Positions 46,918 through 57,204 of a DNA stretch of 60,437 bases are shown here, one piece after another. The position numbers and the translations under genes are program-made. Location: NCBI GenBank assembly GCA_018398765.1, contig JAHBMJ010000015.1:1-60437 (forward strand), read 5' to 3'. The DNA comes from Chromera velia. Lineage: Eukaryota. Below the pieces are notes generated by a model. It was not told the DNA's origin. It saw nothing but the letters and a program-made list of their open reading frames with translations, and did no database searches. Numbering within the stretch: the stretch's first letter is position 1; each line of letters opens with the position of its first letter.

Positions 46918-49775
46918 TGGGAGAGAGAGACTGTGGGCAAGACTGTGCAGGCAGGAGAGGAAGAGACCTCAAAGAATGCCCAGATGTCCACTCTCTGCCG
47001 TCTGTTCTGGTTCAAGGCCAACGTGTGGGTCGCCATTTTGAGTTTCATTGGGAACTACTTCTGGTCAGTCGGTGTGAAACGAGAATGATTTAGGGTTTGT
47101 GCTTTTTTTCTTTTTTGTTCTTTGGGCGCTGTGCGCGTGGTCCATATTCTATGCGATCAACAAGAAAGATTCGTCCTTCCTTCTTTGGTATTTCATGTGG
47201 ATCATGATCAGGTCATTGTCTGTACTTATGTGGCTGAGCTTGCTCACAGCTCGCTCATGCAAAAAGAGTTTTGTGCGCCTTGAAGACATACAGAGAGACC
47301 TGGCTGCAGCGATGCGGCTCTGCAAGGGACCAGCGCGCCCCTTTCTTCCCTTTCATGAAACTCCTTTGAATGGTTTTCCCTCGCACGTCATGGCAGCCAA
47401 TGTGTATCTTCTCTTTTCTCCCTCTCGCGCGCTGTGCGCGTAAGTTTTCCTCGGCTGGTTTTTTGGGGGGGGAAACAGCCAGGAACGCAAACTCTCGAAC
47501 AAAACACCGCCTTTTTGTCCACGCAAAAAAAGATGCATACACGAACGCAGAAATACCCATGCATGCCCTCCCTCGCTGCTCTTCCCCCCCTTTCCCATGC
47601 AGGACCCACTACTTCTACAGCCTTCTGGGGGTCTCCTACTCCCTCGACGGCTGGAGACTGAACAACGTCCCCGTGCCGATGTACCTGGCAACACACTCGT
47701 ACTTCCTCAGCTACCATGTCGTTGCAGGTACATCCATCCGCAGAGGAGCTTGTACATAGACGGACAGCATTTTTGACAGGCAGACGGACAGGAGGAAGCG
47801 CACAGTGGGTGCATGTGTGCGTGAGAGAGAGGCGGAGGGGGGCAGAGAAAGGGAGTGGGAGAGGGAGAGGGAGAGGCGGAGGGAGAAAAAGGAATCTGTA
47901 AGAGGCGAGACAGTCCTGCAGACAGTCAGACAGGCAGAGCCGGAGAAAAAGAGGCGGGGCAGACCGGAAGACCATGTGAAATGTCACGTTTCCTCCGCAG
48001 CCATGCAGTGAAATGTTGAACAGAAAGTCTCGTCCATCCACACACGGACTGTCAATATTTTCATGCTCTCTCGACATAACCCATATGTCCTGCAGGTCTG
48101 GTGCTGCGTCGTTGGCGCACCTCCCGTCTCCGTGCTGCGAGTCCTGCCTGGCTCCGTCCCCTCGGCTCCTTTGCCGTGGTGTCGCTCCTTGCTTCCTCCA
48201 CAGCTCTGACGGAGGCAGTGACGATCTCGGGATATGACCACTACGTCATTGCAGACAGGTGAGTGAGGGCAGGGGGGGGGAGAGACGGTGTGATGCATAC
48301 ATGCATGGCACATTCCAGTCTTTTTTTTCTTCTGGCAGTCGATAGATCGTTTCGCTTTGTGTCTCTGGTACATCACGAAGAAGGGGGGGAGGGATTTCGG
48401 TCTGTCGGATCGTCAATTCATTGCTCGTTCAGATGAGAAGAATGTCTGGTCAAATGACACTCAGAGGGAGACACAGGTAGAAGCAAGCATAAGCACGCAC
48501 AGACGCATGCACACACACATACACACACACATACACATACGCACACACATACATACACAAACACACGCATACCCACAAAGAACCAAGGGCGAGAAGATTG
48601 ATCTGGGTCAGTTGATGGATCGATGCCGCATCGGTTGATTGCCTGGTATGTTGCCTGCCTGCAGGAAATTCTTCTACACCGTGGGCTCTGTTGTCTACGG
48701 GATGGCCCTCATGATTTCTTTCCCCATGTTCTCACAGGTAGGTATTTCTTTCCCCATGTTCTCACAGGTAGGTATAGATGCATGTGCGTTAAGTGGCCCT
48801 CTTTTCTCTCTCCAGATAAGTCTTTCTCTTTCTTTCTCTCTCTTTTTTTTTCAATATGCATCTTTCTAATTTGACATGGCTTCGAAGGTGCACACTTTTC
48901 TGTTGTGCGCGGCCGATGCTGAAAACAAACGTCTGAAAGAAGCGGCAAGGCGCTGGAAAAGGGCCAATCAATTCTTTTGGTTTGGTGCATTTAAGGCCGC
49001 AGTCGAATTTCTCCGCCGCCGTGTTTCCTCTCATCACAATGTTCTTCTGGTAGTCGGCTGCGATCTCTCTCTCATCGGCCTTCGAAAGACGCACCCATAG
49101 ATACCCATATACACATATGTGTCCCCACAATCCCCCCCCCCCNCGCCTGCCTGCCTGCAGCTGGACGAACCTTCATCGGGGTGCCGTCTCTGTGGGGGGT
49201 CGGGCGATCTCAGTGGGGCCGCCCTCGCAGCCGGAGCGAAGGAGGAATCGTTGCGCGCAGCGGGTCTTGGCTCCACGTCACCCCGGACGCCCCTCATCCC
49301 TCCGGTGCCTCCTAAATGGAGACCCTCGGGGGCGCCGGGCGCAGGCGGCTCGAAGCCGGGAGGCGCCACCCCGCCGCGCCCCGGACTGCTACGCAGCAAC
49401 ACAGTTCATTTGGGACCGGGGGGGAGGGTGAAGGCACGGCCCAAGACCCCGACGGCGGCATCGTCCCTGCTGGGCGGGTTAGGACTGGAGGCGGGAGGGG
49501 GCCCCGGCATGCCGCTGTCAGGGGAGGATGCCGGGGCCCGTTTCGGGGCCTCTTGGGGTTCCAGCGCTCTTCGTATTGATTGTGCGTGCTCTTGTTGGTC
49601 TCTGGGTCAGACTGTGCTCCACGCCTGTGCTACAGGCATGCTGGTTTTGTTGGCCTTCGACGCGTTTCGATTAATCTTCCAGGCCTCCCCCTCAGTGAAG
49701 GTGCAAGATGTGAGGCTTCCCTGGCTAGAGAGTGTGATTGCAGGGATCAAAGAAGAGAACGAATTTTCTTTGTAA
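46269..49775 (+). CDS. CPI1: Cycloeucalenol cycloisomerase (cyclopropyl sterol isomerase), 6 exons
   Basis: Spliced motifs WLSRNPVKRSGEVFFLNYSVFWI, FWFKANVWVAILSFIGNYFW|THYFYSLLG, WRLNNVPVPMYLATHSYFLSYH, EAVTISGYDHY, FYTVGSVVYG..ISFPMF and WSLGQTVLHACATGMLV match the plant CPI1 pattern. Introns are GT-AG and phase-consistent. The start ATG is inferred. Confidence 0.9.
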
Positions 49776-52118
49776 TCAATCGACTCTATCTATCCTGCAG
49801 GCTGCTGTGTGATTCTTTTGACTGACGATGGAATTTTGTGCTCTGCTTGGAGGAAGAAGGGGGGGGGGAGATCGGGGTGCATGGGTGTGAGGGAGTGGGG
49901 ATATTTGCACAAATGTGTTCGATCAGAGACATGAAGTGCTTGCCGGGAGGTCAGCATGGATCTAACCAGCAATGTGTGGGGAAGGGAGCGGGTACCAAAG
50001 GTTTGTACAGTCATCCAGTCGCGTTGCAGAGATGCAGAGAGAAGTGCATGGAAGGTTCCAGAGAGCAAAAAAAAGAACGGCTGTCCTCCTGCTCATATGA
50101 GAATTCGGTTGGGCGACGAGAGGGAAAGGGAGAGGGTCGGGTTGGTTTTCTGGATTCGCGTAGCTCATTCGTCTGTTTGCTTCATTCTTTGTTTCCATTC
50201 TTCGGTGCATGGCTGCACAACGGTAGGTTTCTGCAGTGCTCACTTTGTTTGGTCTGGGCTGTCTCGAAAATTTGGCATATGAATAAATCAAGCTGGATAG
50301 GGGGTGAACAGGAGACAAGAGGACAATCAGGGAAGAGCAGCATCTTGGGGGAGTGATGCAGTTCGTGTTCCCTTCATTGCATTCATTCATTCATTCATTG
50401 CTGGGTGATAAAATGAAGTGAATGAAGAGAGGGAAGAGAAGAGAGAGGGCGGGACAGAGAATAAAGGGGAAAGAGCAACAGTCTTTTGGGAAGCACGGCT
50501 TTCGTTTTTGATCAATTAACATGGGACCTGGGCGAACGACGGGAAAGTGTACGGAAAGTTGGTGGAGTGGGGGGGGAAGTAAGAGAATGTGGTGACGAAG
50601 GAGAGAGTAGATTGAAGGGAGGGCTTGCGAGTTTTTGTTCAGGGGCCTAGGCAGTCGATTTGGATGCCTTCTGGCATTGTAGATGACCATTTCTTTCTTT
50701 CCTTTCTTTGAGAGTTTGCTGTGAACGTGTACCGGGCAGGCAGGAATGATTGTGTGGAGAAAAAGAAAGAAGAATTGTACAGAAGAGAGAGCTTGTGGTC
50801 CTTCAACAAATTCGTGTATATGGGTGGGTCTCTTGGCAATTCTTCGACAAATTCATTTGCAGAACCGTGCATTTCTTTCGAGTCTGACACTAGGACACAG
50901 GAATGAATGAAATTGGATGAAAGTGCCACTTGAAAAAGAGATTGGGGGGGAACATAGAGGGATTTGAGTCTGGTGGAGTCGTCGTATGTTTCTTTAATGT
51001 CTTTTCCTTTTCTTTTCCTGTTTGCCAATTCGATTGCTTGATTGATTGTATTGGACGGTTAGTCCGGAGAAGCAACTTCTCCTCAAAAGTCGTTCTCATT
51101 TTTTACTTTGCTGTTCTCTTCTTTCCTTTGCTGTAATATTCTTTTCTTTGCCAAAATCAAATTTATAGTGAAATTATGTTTTTCTTTTGCCCAGACGCAA
51201 TTCATTGTTCAATTCGTTTCGTTTCTTGCTCAAACGATCGAAGTACACAGCGCTTTTGAGTGGGCTTATATCGCATTGATTGTACAGAAGGAGCCATGCA
51301 CGTACGCGAATACGCAGATGAATGGATGGATTGATAAATGAAAGAGTGCACGGCATCACTTGTCCGTCCGATCGATCGATCCCATGTGTACTTCCCTGGC
51401 AGTCGCCTGTGATGGGTCTCTTATACAAATGGACACTTGAACGGTCTTTGGAGAAACGTTCCAGGTATTTCTTCCTAGATTTCATCTCAGTCTGTCAGCC
51501 CTGTCTGTCTCCTTTCCTGTTTGGCGGCTTGTCGATCTCATCGTCCACTGTCTCGTTGATGGCATCGCTCGCTGATCTGTGAATCGCCTAGTGAATCGCA
51601 GGGGGCAACGAATTCATGCTGCGCCCTCCCGACCCGCGCTGCTCCCTCTGTCGGGTTCTCTCCAAAACCACCGGCGCAATAGGCCCCCCTTCCGAGCACT
51701 GGCAATGCAAGCATCCATGTTGCCATCATTATGATCAACGGATGCCGCCATGTCCACCGCAACTTCTGATCCTTTGTGTAAACTTTCAAGTTGATTACCA
51801 CCAAACTATATGATGTGAGTATATGTCAGTCCAAGTGTAAATCCAGCTGTGAGTCTGAAATTGACTCTGAATGATTCTAGGAATGATTATACATATCCTT
51901 ATTAGTTAGTTAGCTAGTTAGTTAGTTAGTTAGTCAGACGATGCGAAACCTCAGTTGAAGCGCATCAATTTTTTAAACATAATTGTTCACTCATTCATTC
52001 ATTGATTCATTCAGTATATTATATTCATTCATTCATAACAGGTGTAATGAATGATAAAACTATCCAATTATCAAACTGTTTACATTGATATTCAGTTATA
52101 TGTTATGCTATGCTCATT

Positions 52119-55100
52119 ATCATCATCATCATCATACGCCATCGTCATCGGCCCATAGTAGGCGTCTAGCGTTCGGCAAGTCATGACATGCAAGGCAGAT
52201 TGTTAAAGATGGACCCTCACTCGGCAACATTTGACAAACTAGCTTAACAACTACATTTCTTCGTGAACTCTTCTACTTCTGGTAGGGCGTGCTTGTGCAT
52301 GAGCGAGGCTGCTTCATGTGATGTTGACTGCCAGCCATGCCATGCCACCTCATAATGCCATCCTCTTCCTTGCTTGTACTTCTTAAGAATTTCCTTTATC
52401 TGACAGCCCTAAACCCAGCTTCCCTTCTTTTCTGCGACTGTCTTCTTCGGCTGCTCTGGCTGTCTGGGGGCGAGGTCTTTGTGTGCTTTGCTAGTGTGAA
52501 TACGAAGCCCGTAGAGGGTAGAGAACGTTCGTCCACATGCCGCACACTTCGCATCTCCATCTCTCTGCCCCTTTCTCACCTCCCTTTTCCTTTCTTTTTC
52601 TTCCGCTGCTCTCTCCTCTACCTTTTTTACCCCATCTTGAATTAACGCCCTCCACCTGCCCCTATGAGAGGCAAGCGTCTGCCACTCGGCCTCATTGATT
52701 TCCAGAAGGCAGAAATCAGAGAAGACACAGTCGCTCTAATGAAGGAGGGGTCGACTAAGGGGGCGCTCTCCTCGGAGATGCCCAAACAACAACTGACGAG
52801 GAAGACGCTCTCCCCCCATCCTCCCAATATGCCCCAGCTACCGGAGTCTGGCGAGTCTGATAGTGCTCTCAATCGTGCACAATCTAAACGCATGACGGAT
52901 GGCGGCATCAGGAGTACGCTCCTGACAAGGCTAGTTCGTCACCTGCCTTATACGCACTATGCATCATGACTCTAACTTCCTGATCTGGTCTCTTTGAGCT
53001 GCCCACGTCTCTGCCCTATAGAGGAGGGCGGGGAGGACTGCACCTTTGAACATGTGCATTTTTATTTTTGTTGTGAGCCCTGCCCACTTCCATACCTCCC
53101 CCTACAACTTCTCTCACACTATTCCTGCTTTCTGGATGTGGTGATGGATCTCTCCATTGAGAGACCCGTCATTCGACATCACACCCCCTAGGTACTAGAA
53201 CTGCTCTACCTCTTGCAGGGGCTGTCCTTTAATGATAATGATAGACTGACGCGGCTTCGCTATATGCCTTTCCTCCCCCCTTCCCGGCTGCAACATCATT
53301 TCTGTCTTCTTGATAGAGATTTTTAACCCCCACCTGTCGTATGCTGCCTGCGGGCGATCTGCAAACTCCTGCATGCGATACTCTTGCATCTCGGGTGCGG
53401 CCAGCCTGGCCAGGTCATCTGCGAACTTCAGATCAGCGACACTGATCTTGAAGGCGGATCGGCCTGCCTTCTTACTCGAAAAAGGCTCTGCAAAATCCAC
53501 CTCCACCTCTATCCCTCCATCCCAGCCCTGCAAGGCCTCCTGCACAACTGCTTCGAAAAGAATGGAGAAAAGAAGAGGTCCCGGACCAATCACACATCCC
53601 TGTCTGACCCCATTCTCAACTGCAAACGGCTCTGTTCTCTCTCCATTCACCTCTACACATTCCTGCATGTTTTGTATAAACGACATGATGATGTCTATTA
53701 GGAGGGGGGGAATGCTCACCTTCAAAAGCAAAGCACGGAGGGCAACATGATTGACTGTGTCGAAGGCCTTTGTCAGATCAACGAACAGCCTCTCCCGTGC
53801 CTTCTCCATGATCTGCCTTGCAGTGAAAAGCATGTCTATTGTCCCCCTCCCCTCCCTGAATCCCGCCTGTGACTCACCTATTTTCTTCTTGTTTCGCTTC
53901 TAGATGCGACCCCCCACAATCTTTGTAAGCACTTTGCCTGCAACGATTAGCAGGGCGATCTCCCTCCAGTTGTCACAGAGCAGACGGTTGCCCTTCTTGG
54001 GGACAGGGACCATCACTGCATCTCTGAACGCCTTCAGCACCCCCCTTTCCCTCCATACTGCCCTAAAAACCTCCAAAAGCCTGCTAATAATCGCTTCCCC
54101 ACCTGCCTTCAGCTGCTCTACTACTATGCTGTCTGCCCCTACAGCTTTCCCATTTGGCAGCCTCTTCACGGCCTCTCTCACTTCTGCTCTGCTTGGAATT
54201 TTATCTATCCACCACTCCATCCACGCTTGCGGGATTTTCTCTATCACCCCCTCAACTGCCTCAGATAGAAGGTTTACAACTCCTTCAAAGAAATGACCAA
54301 AACGGGCTGGCACTTCCCCTGCATCTGTCAGGGGGGGATTTCCCGCTTTCTGCCCTTCCCCCAGGATCGCCTTGATCCCTGGCCTGCCCTGAGGCCTTTG
54401 TAACTCCTTCTAGAAGCGGTAAAGCTTCAAAAAGTTGTTGTACACAAAGGCCTCTTCAAGCTCTTGTCCCTTCTGTGTCCACCAGGCGTTTCGGGCCCTT
54501 CTGACAGCGTGCGCTGCAGCATTCCGTGCTCCGTTTCGATTCAGCTCCCGTCTCCCCCTTCCTGCTCGCATTCTCATAAACAACCCTTGCTTTCTTCTTC
54601 TGTTCAAGCAACGGCAACAGTTGTAAACACGTCTCTGCAAACCATTCTGGCGTAGGGCGCGTGCTTTTGCTTTCTATCGTAGCTTTGGCGACATTGCGGA
54701 TGGTGACAGCTGTCTCCTCCCACAGCTGTTCAGCTGTTGCTGCGGCTGTGACTTTCGGGAGCTTTTCGAGTACGGCATGGAGCGCGGGACCGCGGGTACA
54801 AACGCTTTACTCGCTTATCCAATGCCTGCTGTACGCTTTCTTGCTTCTGCTTTCTGGGGGAAGGGAGACGGATTTTTAGACCAACGAACCGATGATCAGA
54901 CCAACAGTCGATCAACCTGTATACCCTGACATCACCCACCCTGCTCATATCCCCCCTCTTCACAAGAAAGTAGTCGAGCTCGTGCCACTTTTTGGAACGT
55001 GGGTGCTGCCACGATCTTTTGTGGTATGGGGGGTGCTAGAAGAACGAGTTTGCAACGACCAGCTCATGCTCAAGGCAGAACTCGAGCAAGCACTGCCCAT

Positions 55101-56412
55101 TCTGGTTTAGGTATCTCTGCCCCTCCGTGAACCTCCCTAACACCGCCGCCGTTTCCTCATTTCTTTCTCCCACCCTCGCATTGAAATCCCCCCCAATGAC
55201 GACTGGGTTTCCATTTAGGACTTTTCTCACTGCCTCCCCGAGGTCTCGGTAGAACTCAGCCACTTCCTCGTCTCCTGCCCCACTGGTAGGGGCGTAGGTT
55301 GAAATCAGTATGACGGCTTCGAGGTCAACTCGCCCGATACGGCTTGCATTACCGGTTTGTTACAGCACACCGGGTTTCTGCCTCTCTGCCTTCCTACTGA
55401 ACAAGAACCCCACCCCATTCCGCCCTTGCAATACGCTTCCTGCAGGTGGGCCTGCGAAGAGCAACCGCTGCCTTTCGTAACATTCCGTTTCCCCGTGGAT
55501 ATGGGTTTCCTACAGGAACGCAACGTCCATACTTGCCCTGTGGAACTCCTCCGCGATGTGGGCTGTCTTCTTTGGGGGAGCCTGTGCTCCCTTTCCTCCT
55601 GTATCAAGTAAGGACCAGTGCATTAAACAAATAAATTGCAAATAAATTGCTTTGACTAGTTTGATGCAAACAATTATTGCAATAGTTGCAATTAATTGCC
55701 AATAATTGCCTATAAAACAAAAATTTAATTTTTCTAAGTGCTCTAGGGTGTTTAAAGGACTATTAATAACATTTTTGTGTTTTTTTATGCATATTTAATG
55801 TGATGTACAGTATTTTAATACTTATATAAATGAATTTAAAATCTTTGAAAGGAGTTATACTAAGTTATACAACTCATTACTAAGCTATTACTTCGTATTA
55901 ATACCTGTAATATATTTAACAATAACTATTTTTATTTTTTAATATAGAAAATATAAACTTAGAATTCAATATGAATGATAAACAATATGAACACACTTTC
56001 ATGTACGGTTCATAACATGAAAATTCTGTAACTATACCTTACTGTAAGGTGCAAAAATTCTGGGTTCCGAGGAACCAGCACTGTCTACGCCGCTTTCCTT
56101 TCTTTCGGTCTCCTTTTTGCCTGTTGCCTTTTTTCCACCTTCCAACTTTCTGTTTCTGCCTTTGTCTGTGCATCTTTGGTTGCCTACCATAGCAACGATG
56201 CTTACATGTTCCCTGAGGGGGGCGGCTCTTGACGCTTCAGGGCAGTTCTGCACGGCTTAACTGGGGGAAAGAAGACTCTCACTGAAACCAGTCCAGCACT
56301 GTTGCACAGAACTCCATGATTTGGGCTGCAATTTTCTTTGGAGAAGCGACGGTTCGATCCAAAGCCTCTACCCCAGATGGGAAAGGCCGGGGTCAGCGGC
56401 GCCGCATATTGC
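52119..56412 (-). mobile_element. Degenerate near-full-length RTE-type LINE (APE endonuclease + RT), interrupted
   Basis: APE motifs SLLD, DVAFL*ET, GVGF, ISTYAPT, GGDFNARVG, NQNG..LLEFC, ELDYFL and SDH. RT motifs PNGKAVGAD, PVPKKG..CDNWREIALL, QAGFR, FVDLTKAFDTV, GVRQGC, FADD and YLG. (GAT)n tail at 52119-52135. Many stops, frameshifts and deletions, plus an AT-rich insert at 55617-56035. Confidence 0.92.
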
Positions 56413-57204
56413 CGAGTAAAGCGTTCGCACCCGCGCTCCGCGCCGTACTCGAAAAGCTCCCGAAAGTTATACTATACTATGACTATGACTATAATGCGCC
56501 GTCGTTATCCATATCTACAGATACATATCCAGAGCTAGCTCAGGCTAAATATTTTTAATGTTAGGCAGGGAAAAGTTGTTCTGTTCTAGGATATGTATAC
56601 ATCAAATAAAGTTTTACGCAGTGTAATACGCACTGTTTGCAAAAGTATTTGCATATTTATTTCATTTAAATTTATATAAAGTTGACAATAGATTATTACT
56701 ATGGTTATTATTAATTCACAGTAAATAACACACATGCTAGCAGACATCATTGAGAGATTCATTGTACTAGTTATTGTATTTTCTAAAAATATATACTAGT
56801 ATATAATATGAAAATGATTTCTTTTTTTTTCATATATAGTATGATAGTCGTGGGATGTCACAGGCCCAGTTTTTTAACTTTTTTTCAAAAAATAACCTTC
56901 GAAAACGGCCTACTTCAATATTTTCCACAGAATTGTAGCTCTCCAATTATGGTACCTTAGATTCCTACATTTTTTATTTTATTTTATTTTAATTAGTGTC
57001 TAGATTTTTTTTTTAAAAATTTATCACTGGCACCCAGGCTAGCAGAGCTGCAGGCAAAGCTCTTGATCTTGCGTACATCATAACAAATAAACAGGATGGC
57101 TTTGTGTTTGAGCGACGAGTCACTGAGCGTCCTTGAAGTGCAAGATTTTGTTAAAGTGCAGTACTAGGCGCGTTGAAAAATGTATTGAAGAAATCAGTCG
57201 TTCT

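Noticed and set aside
50650..51730. Minus-strand gene or pseudogene fragments
   Set aside because: Interrupted frames with no recognisable domain; support is insufficient.
56341..56375. tRNA or tRNA-derived SINE (GGTTCGATCC B-box)
   Set aside because: No A-box or cloverleaf could be built, and it lies antisense within the RTE 5' UTR.
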